Below are positions 1 to 9,807 of a stretch of DNA of 54,432 bases, one piece after another (within the stretch, counting starts at the first letter, position 1; each line of letters begins with the position of its first letter). Position numbers and translations under genes: made by a program. The stretch is taken from contig CAYUAA010000001.1 of the NCBI GenBank assembly GCA_964442585.1, positions 1-54,432 on the forward strand. Reading direction: 5' to 3'. Origin of the DNA: an uncultured Elusimicrobium sp. Lineage in GTDB: Bacteria; Elusimicrobiota; Elusimicrobia; Elusimicrobiales; Elusimicrobiaceae. Under the pieces are notes generated by a model. That model searched no databases. It was not told where the DNA came from and was given only the letters and a program-made list of their open reading frames with translations.

Positions 1-1
1 A

Positions 2-64
2 GGCAAAAAACAAATCAGCATGTTTGACATGAGCAAATATCTGTCCAAACACCTCGCCAAATAA
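2..64 (+). CDS. 3' end of a CDS, probably SWIB/MDM2-domain protein (partial)
   Basis: Manual translation GKKQISMFDMSKYLSKHLAK* resembles the C-terminal helix of SWIB domains; followed by a terminator. Confidence 0.55.
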   Translation, partial: GKKQISMFDMSKYLSKHLAK

Positions 65-91
65 CGGCTGGTGTTAACAGACGTTTTATGT

Positions 92-128
92 ACAACGGAT
101 AAGAGAAATCTTATCCGTTGTCTTTTTT
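92..128 (+). terminator. Rho-independent terminator
   Basis: ACAACGGATAAGA-gaaa-TCTTATCCGTTGT followed by a T-run. Confidence 0.8.
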
Positions 129-202
129 ATGGGTAACCTTTTCTTTTTTGGTTAACTTTGTCCTTGCCTTTAACGCGGCTCTCGTACGTCTCTATACCGC
201 CG

Positions 203-260
203 GACCTATATGAAAATAGGTCTTTCGGCCCTTGCGGATGCGATTCAAAATGGCTATTCT
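203..260 (+). promoter_or_regulatory. Host palindrome GACCTAT-N6-ATAGGTC plus -10 (TATTCT, 255-260)
   Basis: Same motif and the same 32-nt spacing to the -10 recur at 50134-50191 and 52387-52467. Confidence 0.7.
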
Positions 261-266
261 TACTTT

Positions 267-989
267 ATGATGAAGAAAAATATCCTTTTATTGTTTGTGT
301 TTATGTTTGGGGCGTTGGTTGGCGCCAATGCTTCTATCGTACGCCGTTCGGTAGAACAAAAAGTGACGGGAGTGTGTCTGACTCAGCGGGAGTTTGACGC
401 CGCCGTTCAACAGCGCGATTTCCGCCGGATTGAAAATACACTGTTGCGGGCTCAAACGAAAGCTGACCAGCAAAAGTGGCTCCGCCGCGCCGTAAAAGCG
501 CAGGGGCGCGTTATTTCCGTGCCGGAGTATTTTGTCGCTACGGCGGGAAAAGGCGAAACCGCGGGCTTAAAACGGGTGTTGGCGTTATATGGTTCTTTTT
601 ATGCGGGCGACAAACAAGGTGCGGCCGATAACCTGCTTGAAAAATTAGCCGTGCGTCACGATGTGGAGCGTAAAATGGAACTGGTGCAGACGATTTTTTC
701 TGCCTTTGGTATCAATAAAATCTCAAACCGCACATTTTTATATATTGTATCCGAAGCGACAGACCAGAGCGGTTACCAGTTCGCCCGCTTCGTAGCGAAT
801 AAAAAAGGCGCGGCGTGTTACACGGACCGCCGAGATACGGACAATTATCCCATGCCGTATGCGCTTACCGGGGCGGAAGACGTGTGTCGCGTACTGTCGG
901 ACCGCTTAAACGCTGATTTGACCGATTCCCAGCGAATATGGCTCAAAAAAACCAAAGAGTTGTTTTGCCCGGTTCGGCAAGCGTATTAA
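267..989 (+). CDS. Secreted hypothetical protein
   Basis: MMKKNILLLFVFMFGALVGANA signal peptide; start moved from the ORF-track position 210. Confidence 0.75.
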   Translation: MMKKNILLLFVFMFGALVGANASIVRRSVEQKVTGVCLTQREFDAAVQQRDFRRIENTLLRAQTKADQQKWLRRAVKAQGRVISVPEYFVATAGKGETAGLKRVLALYGSFYAGDKQGAADNLLEKLAVRHDVERKMELVQTIFSAFGINKISNRTFLYIVSEATDQSGYQFARFVANKKGAACYTDRRDTDNYPMPYALTGAEDVCRVLSDRLNADLTDSQRIWLKKTKELFCPVRQAY

Positions 990-1005
990 CCCTTACTTCT
1001 GATTT

Positions 1006-1038
1006 AAAAAACCCGCGTTTACGGACGCGGGTTTTTTG
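1006..1038. terminator. Rho-independent terminator
   Basis: AAAAAACCCGCGT-ttacgg-ACGCGGGTTTTTT. Confidence 0.8.
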
Positions 1039-1077
1039 CGTTCCAACCGGCGGCTTGCAAACTGCTATAATAAAAAT

Positions 1078-1698
1078 ATGGAACAAACTCTTAACGAAGG
1101 TATGCGCCAACTGTTGGCTGGATACCGTAATTTTTTTAACGGCAACCCCGTGCGCAAGGGGTTTTGCGCACTCCACGCCGAACAGATTGCCGATACGCAA
1201 AATCCCCACTCTATGGTGGTAAGCTGCTTTGACAGCCGCGTCTGCCCCGAAGCCATCTTCGATACGAACGACGGCCATATTTGCGTCCACCGCAACATGC
1301 TCAACCAAATTGATAAAGAAGATTTTTCGATGGTGGCTTCCCTGCGTTTTGCGGTTAAAAATTTGCAAGTGCAGAATATTGTTATTTTGGGCCACAGCGA
1401 TTGCAACGCCGTAGCCAAACTAAAACATCTGGAGGAGCTCCCGCCCGAACTGCGCGCGTGGCTGGACCGCACGCATACCTGTTACCGGGGCGATACCCTG
1501 GAGGAAGCTGTAAAAAACAACGTACTGGACCAACTTGCCCATTTGCAGTCCATCGATTTTGTGGCGCAGGATGTTGCTTCTCGCGGTTTAAAACTGGAAG
1601 GTTTTTATTTTCATATCGACGACGGGCGCATGGAACGCTATAACGCCGCGCGCGGCGCGTGGGAGTTCGTGGAGACGGAGGCCCCCGATGCCCGCTGA
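1078..1698 (+). CDS. Beta-class carbonic anhydrase
   Basis: SCFDSRV, HRNMLN and GHSDC zinc/catalytic motifs. Confidence 0.9.
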   Translation: MEQTLNEGMRQLLAGYRNFFNGNPVRKGFCALHAEQIADTQNPHSMVVSCFDSRVCPEAIFDTNDGHICVHRNMLNQIDKEDFSMVASLRFAVKNLQVQNIVILGHSDCNAVAKLKHLEELPPELRAWLDRTHTCYRGDTLEEAVKNNVLDQLAHLQSIDFVAQDVASRGLKLEGFYFHIDDGRMERYNAARGAWEFVETEAPDAR

Positions 1699-3082
1699 TT
1701 TAAAATACATGTACGAAAAAATTTTGGCTGCGGCAGGCGGCGCGGACAACATTTCCGCCCTGGGCTGCTGCATGACGCGCTTGCGCTTTACGGTAAAGGA
1801 TGAAGCGCTTGTGAATGTAGAAGACTTGCGCCGCGTGCCGGATGTGGCGGGGTATTTTTATTCCGGCGTTCAACATCAGTTAATCGTAGGGCCGTCCACC
1901 TCTTCCAAACTGGCGGCTTATTTTACCGAGCGGCACGATTTTAATACGCTTGACGGACGTCCGCATGCGGGCGTGAAACTCCGCCCGGACGATTTCGCCG
2001 CCGAAACCAAAGCCGCCGTCAAACGCAAATATTCCAGTGTTATCAGCCGCGCGTGCGGAAAAATCGGCAACATTTTTTTGCCGCTTATTCCGGCGTATAT
2101 TGGGTGCGGACTTATTATCGGGATTGGGAATATTCTGTCCAAAACCTTGCTTATTAACGATCCCAATACGGTGGCGTTACTGGATATTTTAGGCAAAGGG
2201 ATTTTCTTTTATTTAAGCGCGATTGTGGGCTATAACGCCAATAAAGAATTTGGCGGCTCTCCCGCGTTGGGCCTGGCGTTTGCCGGAATTTTAAATACGC
2301 CGTCTTTAACTTCGGTATCGCTGTTTGGCTCGTCTTTTTTGCCGGGCAAGGGCGGTGTGTTGGCTGTACTGTTTGTTTGTTGGGTGGGCAGCTGGCTGGA
2401 GAAAAAACTGCGCCGCATCATTAAAGGCAGTATGGAAATGTTCTTAACGCCTATGATGACCATTTTGGTGGTCGGGCCGCTGGCGTTGTTGTTGATTCAG
2501 CCTCTGGCTGGGTGGCTGTCCGAAGGTCTTTCTTCGATGACGCAGGTGATGCTAACGCGCGGCGGTATGTTGGTGGGCGCGTTGTTGGGCGGAACTTTTC
2601 TGCCGCTTGTGATGTTGGGTATCCACCAAAGCTTAGTGCCGATTCACCAACAGTTAATGGATTCGCTGGGCTCTAATCCGCTTTTCCCTATTTTGTGTAT
2701 GGCGGGGGCAGGACAGGTGGGGGCGGCTTTGGCGGTGTTGTTTAAAACTAAAAACGCCCGCTTTAAAATGCTTATCCGTAATGCGCTGCCTGTTGGACTG
2801 ATGGGGGTGGGTGAACCACTTATTTACGGCGTAACGCTGCCGCTGTTTAAACCGTTTGTGGCGGCGTGCCTCGGCGCAGCCTGCGGCGGCGCGGTGGTGG
2901 CGGCGGCGCATGTGGCGGCTGGAATACCGTTTGGCGTATCGGGCTTGGTGTTACTGCTTGCTTTGGCCAATATCCACAGCGTTGTATTTTACGCCGTGGG
3001 CTATTTGACGGCGGTTGGTGCGGGGTTTTGGTGCGCGTGGCTGATGGGGTTTGACGATCCTCCAGCCGACCAAGAAAATTAA
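1688..3082 (+). CDS. PTS transporter EIIBC (sucrose/MurP-like family)
   Basis: GGADNI..CCMTRLRF EIIB motif; GIHQ and GVGEPLIYG EIIC motifs; many hydrophobic segments. Confidence 0.9.
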   Translation: MPADLKYMYEKILAAAGGADNISALGCCMTRLRFTVKDEALVNVEDLRRVPDVAGYFYSGVQHQLIVGPSTSSKLAAYFTERHDFNTLDGRPHAGVKLRPDDFAAETKAAVKRKYSSVISRACGKIGNIFLPLIPAYIGCGLIIGIGNILSKTLLINDPNTVALLDILGKGIFFYLSAIVGYNANKEFGGSPALGLAFAGILNTPSLTSVSLFGSSFLPGKGGVLAVLFVCWVGSWLEKKLRRIIKGSMEMFLTPMMTILVVGPLALLLIQPLAGWLSEGLSSMTQVMLTRGGMLVGALLGGTFLPLVMLGIHQSLVPIHQQLMDSLGSNPLFPILCMAGAGQVGAALAVLFKTKNARFKMLIRNALPVGLMGVGEPLIYGVTLPLFKPFVAACLGAACGGAVVAAAHVAAGIPFGVSGLVLLLALANIHSVVFYAVGYLTAVGAGFWCAWLMGFDDPPADQEN

Positions 3083-3085
3083 TTT

Positions 3086-3118
3086 AAAAAAACCTGGGGT
3101 TGTCTCCCAGGTTTTTTT
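3086..3118. terminator. Bidirectional terminator between convergent genes
   Basis: A-run, CCTGGG...CCCAGG stem, T-run. Confidence 0.8.
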
Positions 3119-3121
3119 GTT

Positions 3122-3937
3122 TTAAGCAAACGGCTGTGAGCGTGAAAAATATACCTCGGCCGGGATATTTTGCTCTTGGCAGTAGAGCAGGATTTCCTGC
3201 TCCAGTTTTTCCCAGTAGGAAAATTCTTCTTTTAAATAAATATCCGTGTATAGCGAAATTAAATGCGGGTAGTGTTGAGTTACAAACGATATGACCTTTT
3301 TTTGGTAGGCGGGGCGCATGTTTAAACTGTCGAATGCGTAGCGGTCCGTATACGGGTGTGTAGCGGAAATGATGGCTTTCCAATCGCTGATTCCGGGCAA
3401 AAGCGGGGCGGCCATAACGGCGGTTTTAATACCGTTTTCATGCAACATTTTAAGTGCGTTTATTTTTTCTTGTACGCTGGACGCGCCGGGTTCGGCAATT
3501 TGGCGGAAGTGTTCGTCCGTGCTGGAAAAGGACAGCGCCACTTCAGCTCCCGGCATTTGTTTTAAAATATCCATGTCGCGAACGACGAGCGCGGACTTGG
3601 TTAAAATAAACGTGCGGGCTTGGCTGAAGGCCAGTTCTTTAAGCAGGCGTCGGGTGAGTTCGTATTGTTTTTCGTAAGGGTTGTAAGGATCGGTGACGGA
3701 GCTGAGCATAACGCGCGTTCGGAACAGCTTGGCGGGGCGTAAGGGAACGGCGCATGTTTTTACGTCTAAAAACTCGCCCCATTCTTCCGGGTGGCCGGTA
3801 AACTTGCGCATATATTCGGCATAGCAGTACACGCACTTGTGCGGACAGCCGATATAGGGGTTAATCACATAGTCAAACCCCGGAATTTTTGATTTGGACA
3901 GGTATGTTTTGACGGGTGCAGTAGCGATTGTAATCAT
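3122..3937 (-). CDS. Radical SAM protein, SplB-like DNA repair family
   Basis: INPYIGCPHKCVYCYA (CxxxCxxC), SSVTDPY, LTKS..V.RD. Confidence 0.85.
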   Translation of the reverse strand: MITIATAPVKTYLSKSKIPGFDYVINPYIGCPHKCVYCYAEYMRKFTGHPEEWGEFLDVKTCAVPLRPAKLFRTRVMLSSVTDPYNPYEKQYELTRRLLKELAFSQARTFILTKSALVVRDMDILKQMPGAEVALSFSSTDEHFRQIAEPGASSVQEKINALKMLHENGIKTAVMAAPLLPGISDWKAIISATHPYTDRYAFDSLNMRPAYQKKVISFVTQHYPHLISLYTDIYLKEEFSYWEKLEQEILLYCQEQNIPAEVYFSRSQPFA

Positions 3938-4008
3938 AAGCGATGTCTATCCTCCCTGGCGAAAATTATTTATATAGTGTACAATATCTTCAATAGGAGG
4001 ACAAAGGG

Positions 4009-4425
4009 ATGGATTTGACATGGAACGGCATCAAAAACGGTTTGAAACATTGGTTTGATTTTGCGGGCCGCCGCCGCGCCCGTTATGCGGCGTGGGACCA
4101 ACTGGCCGAGCAAGGAAACGAAGAGGCAAAATACCGCCTGCTTATGCTCTACCGCGACGAGGGAGAAGAATTTTATCCGTTGGCTTTTAAATGGACGCTT
4201 CGCGTAGCCAAAGAAGGGGCCGACTGCGGCGCGCTTTTGCAAGCCGCGCAAATGTTGGAAGCCGGGCACGGAACCAGCCAGGATGAAAACCAAGCTCTTG
4301 TGTGGTTTGAGCGCGCGCTTTCGCTCCATATTTTAAGAGGTAAAAAATCCACATTGTCAGCCGATACTTCCAATTATATTCAGCAGCGCATTCAAACCTT
4401 ACGCACCCAATTAGGGCGCGAATAG
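4009..4425 (+). CDS. Sel1-like repeat protein
   Basis: LAEQGNEEAKYRL and GHGTSQDENQALVWFERA; AGGAGG RBS. Confidence 0.8.
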   Translation: MDLTWNGIKNGLKHWFDFAGRRRARYAAWDQLAEQGNEEAKYRLLMLYRDEGEEFYPLAFKWTLRVAKEGADCGALLQAAQMLEAGHGTSQDENQALVWFERALSLHILRGKKSTLSADTSNYIQQRIQTLRTQLGRE

Positions 4426-4560
4426 AAAGTGCGGCATGTTTTTGTCTATCCCCGGTTTTTCCGGGGATTTTTTTGTCAAAATAACCCATTTCCGGGGGGG
4501 ACAAATGGCGGGTTCTACTCTAAAATAAGTAGGCAGGTCCATGCCTGCAAGGGGGATTAT

Positions 4561-5349
4561 ATGGGAAAAAAGACACCGGAAAAACACAGTTGGCAGCCCA
4601 TTCCGCCCGCCGGCCCGTGCCTGAGCGTACAACGGTTGGTGGACCAATATAACGCCGTCAATTTCGACCCTTTTTCTTTTTTGAGCGTATGCTATTGCGG
4701 GGAAGAATTTGATAAGGCCGCCGTTCCCGTTCCTGTTGCGGGGGAGGAACGGCTGGCGGTAAATTATTTGGTGACGGGCGTTTTAAATCCCGTCGATATG
4801 CCCTCCGGCAAAGAGGGGAAAAATCTGGCCGGGATGGTGGGCGGCTTGCAGCAGGCCAAACCGAGTAAAACGGTGGATGTGCTGAACTTGGAGCTTTGGG
4901 TAAAGGCGAGCAGCGAAGTGGATGGGGCCGGCAAACGCTGGGAACTGGAAAGCGAAAACGTGCCGCTGGTGCGCGACGGAAAAGGGGTGTCCGTGCGTGT
5001 GCTTTCGGGCCGGTTCGCCGATACGCCCGGCGCGGTGTTTGCCCATCCTACGGGTACGGTTGTGTTCGACGTGACTCTTTCGCCCGGCGCGGTGTTTGAA
5101 TACCAGGTTCCGGCGGAAAACACTACCTTTGTATATATTTTTGGCGGCAAAGCCAAATTCGGCCGTAAAGGGCGCAAGCAATTCGGCCGGCAAACGCTGC
5201 TGCGTACACCGGGGGGCGAGGTGACGGCCGTTACTTATTGTTCTGGCGTGCGATTTTTGCTGTTCTCTGGCCGCCCCGTGGATAGAGAATCTCCGGCCCA
5301 ATGCCCGCATCAGGAGGCAAAAGTCTGCCGTGTGAAAGACAGAAAATAA
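4561..5349 (+). CDS. Pirin-like bicupin (divergent)
   Basis: FDPFSFL, LELWV, VRVLSG, FDVTLSPGA, RFLLFSGRP match the pirin layout; metal-binding His residues not evident. Confidence 0.65.
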   Translation: MGKKTPEKHSWQPIPPAGPCLSVQRLVDQYNAVNFDPFSFLSVCYCGEEFDKAAVPVPVAGEERLAVNYLVTGVLNPVDMPSGKEGKNLAGMVGGLQQAKPSKTVDVLNLELWVKASSEVDGAGKRWELESENVPLVRDGKGVSVRVLSGRFADTPGAVFAHPTGTVVFDVTLSPGAVFEYQVPAENTTFVYIFGGKAKFGRKGRKQFGRQTLLRTPGGEVTAVTYCSGVRFLLFSGRPVDRESPAQCPHQEAKVCRVKDRK

Positions 5350-5390
5350 ATAACGTCAAAAGTAGTAAAATAAATACTGGGGGGGTATTT

Positions 5391-6146
5391 ATGTTGCGTA
5401 AACTTTTGACATTAAGCGCACTGATGTTGGTCTGCCTGCCGGCCAGTGCTCAAATCCAACGGGCATATCATTACGGCGTTGTCCCAACGGAGAACATTAC
5501 TACGTTTGAGGTTAACCCGGCCATTACCGTGGTGGATGATTCCGCCGGTATTTCTTCCACTCAAATGACGCTGAAGACTTACCGTGTTATCAGCAACAGT
5601 TTTAACTGGGGGGTGGAACTGCCGTTGGCGCGTGCGGAATCTCCGGATAAATCGGTAAACGGATTGGGCGATGCGTTGCTTAGTTTTTCCTGGCTGCTGC
5701 CGGAAAATGACGATTTGTTGGGGTTCGGCTTTAAAATGGAGATGACTCTTCCCACCGCAACTGACAGAGAGCTTGGCGGCGGAAAAGTACAGCTGAGTCC
5801 GTCGGCGTTTATCTTATTTTCGCTTCCGTCCGATTTTTACGCCGCAGTGGGTTATAAGCATTACCAGTCCGTTGTGGGGGACCACGCGCGCGGAGACATC
5901 AGCCATGGGCGTTTTCGTTTGAACGTGGGGTATACGTCGCCATCGCAGTGGTGGGCTCTGGTGAACTTGTATTATTACATGAATTATGAACGTGCCGGCG
6001 GGACCGAATTCGTGCCGGAACTGGAAGTGGGCACGTTGGTAAACGACGGGACTGCCTTTTACATTAACGGCAGTACGCACGCCGCCGGAAGCTGGCATAC
6101 GAAAGACTGGAGTATGGGCGTAGGATTCAAGTTGTTGTATCTTTAA
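5391..6146 (+). CDS. Outer-membrane beta-barrel protein (MetA-pathway/transporter-like)
   Basis: Signal peptide, GLGD and LPTA...LGGG motifs, alternating beta-strands, aromatic C-terminus. Confidence 0.65.
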   Translation: MLRKLLTLSALMLVCLPASAQIQRAYHYGVVPTENITTFEVNPAITVVDDSAGISSTQMTLKTYRVISNSFNWGVELPLARAESPDKSVNGLGDALLSFSWLLPENDDLLGFGFKMEMTLPTATDRELGGGKVQLSPSAFILFSLPSDFYAAVGYKHYQSVVGDHARGDISHGRFRLNVGYTSPSQWWALVNLYYYMNYERAGGTEFVPELEVGTLVNDGTAFYINGSTHAAGSWHTKDWSMGVGFKLLYL

Positions 6147-6357
6147 TGGTATTTTTAAGGATTATGTTTTTAAGTAACCAAAGCCTCGCATAAAAGCGGG
6201 GCTTTTTTATGGCATAATTGTTTGGGGTTCTGGTAGCGCTTTTTTTTACGTTTTTAGCCGTTTTTGGCCTTATTTTGTCGTTTAATTACTAATGTTATCC
6301 GACGTAAAGATATAAAAAACAGCCCCGCTCGTCGTAAGCGGGGCTTGTATAGTAGTA

Positions 6358-6411
6358 TGCGCTCGGCGGGAGTCGAACCCACATTTCCAGCTTCGGAGGC
6401 TGACGCTCTAT
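6358..6411 (-). repeat. att site: 54-bp duplicate of the 3' part of tRNA-Arg(CCG)
   Basis: Identical to 36035-36088; a terminator hairpin at 6316-6346 lies just downstream on the minus strand. Confidence 0.95.
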
Positions 6412-6449
6412 TTTTTTATTTGCTAATTTTATCGTCGGAAAAATGAAAT

Positions 6450-6491
6450 TGGACACCCAACCATAAAAGCAAAGTGTCCAAAATGTGTCCA
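6450..6491. repeat. Putative integrase arm-type sites (left end)
   Basis: TGGACAC (6450), GTGTCCA (6474), GTGTCCA (6485); matched at the right end. Confidence 0.65.
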
Positions 6492-6520
6492 TTTTTTATA
6501 AAAAATAGTGATTTTACTGT

Positions 6521-7363
6521 TTAGAACAGTTCTTTTGGTAGCTTTTGTCGGATGCCTGTTACTACCTGCCCAAAATCCATAGGATTACCCGCAATTTTGT
6601 TTTTGTTTAAAAAAGCCATCCATTGTTCCTGCTTAGCTTGCATCGTATAAAAATCAGGAGCAAAAACGGTGTTTAAATCATTTAAAGCAGTTTGACGGCG
6701 CTCAAAGGTGCCTTTAATGGCTTGAACTAAGTCAGCCGGCCGTAAAGAATGTGTATGAAGTATCGTATAGACATCATAAAAATCTTTCATACGGCTATTA
6801 GAATACAGCAACTTGGCCATAGCTTCTAGCTTTTCGGCTACTACCGTTTCCAGCGAGTAGGCCGTTAAAATCGGTTTTTCTTCCTCTAAAATAGCCGGAA
6901 AAGTGATTTTTCGCGGATTGGTTATATAATCCCCTATGCCTAAATCTATGCTCATATCATTTTTGCTTCCGTTGAAATAAGCCTTAAACTTGATCCGGGT
7001 TCCTTGGTAGGCTCCATCTTTAGTGATCGCTTCACTTTGCAAGGAGTTTCCGTCAAAAGTAACTCCATCTGGGTATTCAATGGCACAAATTTCCTTAAAT
7101 ACTTTTAAAATATTGTCTTTATTTAAATTATGGATTAATAAATCTATATCCATAGTAGGCCTGGAAGAAGGAATATCAATAGTAATCAATAACAGGCCGC
7201 CCTTTAAAATAAAATTATCCTTATATGCACTTTTGGATAAGCGGTATAAAAAGCGTTCCTGTAAATAGCGTTTGAGCAAGGTGTTAAAATCTATATGGTT
7301 GGCGCGGGCTTGATTTAATAATTTCCTGAAATTAGAAGCGCCTTTATTAGAAATTTCTCTCAT
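6521..7363 (-). CDS. AbiEii/AbiGii nucleotidyltransferase toxin
   Basis: YLQERFLYRL, FILKGG, RPTMDIDL, AEKLEA, NSRMKDFYD. Confidence 0.92.
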   Translation of the reverse strand: MREISNKGASNFRKLLNQARANHIDFNTLLKRYLQERFLYRLSKSAYKDNFILKGGLLLITIDIPSSRPTMDIDLLIHNLNKDNILKVFKEICAIEYPDGVTFDGNSLQSEAITKDGAYQGTRIKFKAYFNGSKNDMSIDLGIGDYITNPRKITFPAILEEEKPILTAYSLETVVAEKLEAMAKLLYSNSRMKDFYDVYTILHTHSLRPADLVQAIKGTFERRQTALNDLNTVFAPDFYTMQAKQEQWMAFLNKNKIAGNPMDFGQVVTGIRQKLPKELF

Positions 7364-7365
7364 AA

Positions 7366-7932
7366 TTACCTCATAATACTCAAAAACTCGTTCAAAATGG
7401 TAAAAACCTTATATTTTTGGGCGGTTTGATATAGCTTCGGCAGATTTTTATCCGGTCTTTTAAGATAGTTTTGTAGTACTTCTTTTACCGTATCCATACC
7501 CATTTTTTGGCGTGATTTTAGTGTATCACACACGACCTTCTCTATTGTATAAATATAGAAAAAGTAGGTTTCCCTTTTTATTTTTAGAATGTCTGTCTTA
7601 AAATCCTCTTTATTTTGCCGGATAGCATGCACCGGCGGGTAACATATCGCAGGGGCTTTTCTCCCTTTGGGAATAGAAACAAATATCTCTTGTGGAATAA
7701 AAGTAGTCAAGCCGTAATAAGACAAAGCAGAATAACTGGTTATAACCGCATAAGGCATTGCTTTGCATACATCTACAAAGCTTTGATCTTGCACAAACAA
7801 TAGACTATTACGGTACAGACCTTGTTTTATTCGCAACAATGTACCATCTTGAACAAGGCGATGTATTTGCCGAGAGTTAAAACCTTGTTTAAGAAGTTTT
7901 TGGGTAGAGTAGTAGCCATTTATTTTTTTCAT
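7366..7932 (-). CDS. Type IV TA antitoxin AbiEi
   Basis: N-terminal wHTH (LLRIKQGLY), SALSYYGLTTFIP, IYTIEKVVCD; directly upstream of the toxin. Confidence 0.9.
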   Translation of the reverse strand: MKKINGYYSTQKLLKQGFNSRQIHRLVQDGTLLRIKQGLYRNSLLFVQDQSFVDVCKAMPYAVITSYSALSYYGLTTFIPQEIFVSIPKGRKAPAICYPPVHAIRQNKEDFKTDILKIKRETYFFYIYTIEKVVCDTLKSRQKMGMDTVKEVLQNYLKRPDKNLPKLYQTAQKYKVFTILNEFLSIMR

Positions 7933-8077
7933 TTTTTACCTATACAAATGCACTAAACTACCCACATTTTAATAAATTGGTGGTCTGTTTGCAACAATTC
8001 TATAGGAGAAAAGCTGTCTAATTGGCACAAAACTAGAGAAATTGTATAAAGTTAAATATTTTTACATTTATAGTTTT

Positions 8078-8118
8078 TGATACAGCCCCTAAACTTTCCA
8101 CGTTTAGGAGCTGTATCA
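8078..8118 (-). terminator. Terminator downstream of the integrase
   Basis: TGATACAGCCCCTAAAC...GTTTAGGAGCTGTATCA stem; T-run abuts on the + strand. Confidence 0.55.
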
Positions 8119-8131
8119 TTTAAGAAAACCT

Positions 8132-9145
8132 TTATATTTGTTTTTGTTCTTGTAGAGGGAATATCGGAACCAATCCTTTTATTACCTCAATAGATTTTCT
8201 TAAAAAAGTCGGACTTAAGTGTGCGTAGCGGTGTGTTAACGTTTCCGACGAGTGACCTAATATACATTGTAAGGTAGATATACTTTCACCATTCATTATA
8301 AAATGGCTGGCAAAAGTATGTCGCAGATCATGGAATCTAACACCCGTTATATTGCTCAAAAGTAATGTTTGTTGAAAATCATGACGTATTTGAGGAATGG
8401 TTAAACTAAAAACTTTTCCTCTACCCTTTGGGCCTAGGCCGATCAAGATTTCCTTCAAACTACTTAAGATAGGTACTTCGCGTTTTTTGCCGGATTTGGA
8501 TTTGAGGATATAGATTATATTAGCGTCTAGATCTATGTCTTTCCAATCCATATTTAACAGCTCGCCCTGGCGCATCCCTGTATAAATGGCACAGGCAAAG
8601 AGTGCTTTGCTGCGCATAGGTGCCGCATTAATAAAAGCGACAATTTCGTTAGCAGTTAAATATCTTGTCCGGGGCGGGTTTTCTTTTTCCCGCGCTACGC
8701 CAATGCAGGGGTTTTCTCCATGATAGAACTTTAACTTAAGCGCTTTATTAAAAATGGCACGTAATAGCGTAAAGTGTCTGTTGGCGGTTGATGGAGTTGT
8801 TTCAGTCATTTTTTGGTTGTAAAACTCCTGTACGCGTTCCGGACTGATGTCCCTTGCTCTTATGTCGCCAAAATAGTTACAGAGTTGGCGGATTGTATAG
8901 ATAAGTTTAGGGGCACTTTTTGTTTTTCCTCCATGGATTTTCCAGTATTTTTTAGCCAATTCTTTAAATAGCACTTTATCATCTTTTTTATGAGGAAAAA
9001 ATCTCTCTTCTGTGATATCTGTTAGCCGTTTGGCGAGGATTTTTTCTGCTAATTTTTTACTACCTCTTATAGTTTGGCGGTATCTTTTACCGTTATGTCT
9101 AAAATCAATAGTAAACGTTCCATTTTTATTATCTTTAATACCCAT
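8132..9145 (-). CDS. int: Tyrosine recombinase/phage-type integrase
   Basis: TGMRQGEL, KSGKKREVP, HDLRHTFAS, LGHS, RYAH; start at MGIKDNK overlaps the xis stop. Confidence 0.95.
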   Translation of the reverse strand: MGIKDNKNGTFTIDFRHNGKRYRQTIRGSKKLAEKILAKRLTDITEERFFPHKKDDKVLFKELAKKYWKIHGGKTKSAPKLIYTIRQLCNYFGDIRARDISPERVQEFYNQKMTETTPSTANRHFTLLRAIFNKALKLKFYHGENPCIGVAREKENPPRTRYLTANEIVAFINAAPMRSKALFACAIYTGMRQGELLNMDWKDIDLDANIIYILKSKSGKKREVPILSSLKEILIGLGPKGRGKVFSLTIPQIRHDFQQTLLLSNITGVRFHDLRHTFASHFIMNGESISTLQCILGHSSETLTHRYAHLSPTFLRKSIEVIKGLVPIFPLQEQKQI

Positions 9146-9383
9146 AAGAAAGTCCCTCCAGCGGTTTTTGCAATGTGCCTTGTTTGTCAATCCAGTTATC
9201 AATAGCTTGCAGATCAAAACGGACTGATCTACCTATAGATATCATCCAGTCAGGGGGAAGTTTCCTCTGGCACCTTAAGCTTCTTAAGCTATTTTCCGTC
9301 GTCCCAAGATATAGGGCGGCTTCTTTAGTTGTTATCAACCTTTTTTTTCTGGTTTCAAGTTTTTTAAGTTTTATATAAGGCAT
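9135..9383 (-). CDS. Excisionase-like HTH (HTH_17/AlpA-like)
   Basis: LITTKEAALYLG...IGRSVRFDLQAIDNWI; AGGAG RBS. Confidence 0.85.
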   Translation of the reverse strand: MPYIKLKKLETRKKRLITTKEAALYLGTTENSLRSLRCQRKLPPDWMISIGRSVRFDLQAIDNWIDKQGTLQKPLEGLSYGY

Positions 9384-9496
9384 TTTTATTTTCTCCTTTC
9401 ATTCCTCTCACCTCCTCTTGCTTATTAGATTTTTAGATAGGTCGTTGGTCTATCTAAATGATGTTATAAGAGTGTTTTTTGTCCTCTTATATTAGT

Positions 9497-9530
9497 AGTA
9501 TAAATACCCGGCGCGACAGCATATTGTCAT
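9497..9530 (-). promoter_or_regulatory. Island palindrome box 1 with -10 facing xis-int
   Basis: GCGACAGCATATTGTCAT (9513-9530); minus strand TGTCGC-N10-TATACT. Confidence 0.75.
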
Positions 9531-9807
9531 CCTACTTGTTTTTCATTTTTTATTTTTTCATCAAAGATAAGTTAAAGATATAAGGGGGGACTCATTTATA
9601 GTAAAACTTTTGGAAATAATGCCTAGCCAAAGAGCCGTAAAAATTATTATCATAAATATATTTGATAGGAGAGGTGTAAATAAACACACAATAAGCCTTA
9701 AACGTGGCTTATATACAAATTTAATTCTGTTTTTGGAACCGTATGTAGAATACGGAGAGCTTTTGGGATACCAAAGGCACTCTTTCACTCCAAAAACAGT
9801 CGTTTTA

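Noticed and set aside
6358-6411. A second tRNA-Arg(CCG) gene
   Set aside because: Lacks the 5' 18 nt (acceptor 5' strand and part of the D-arm); it is the att duplication
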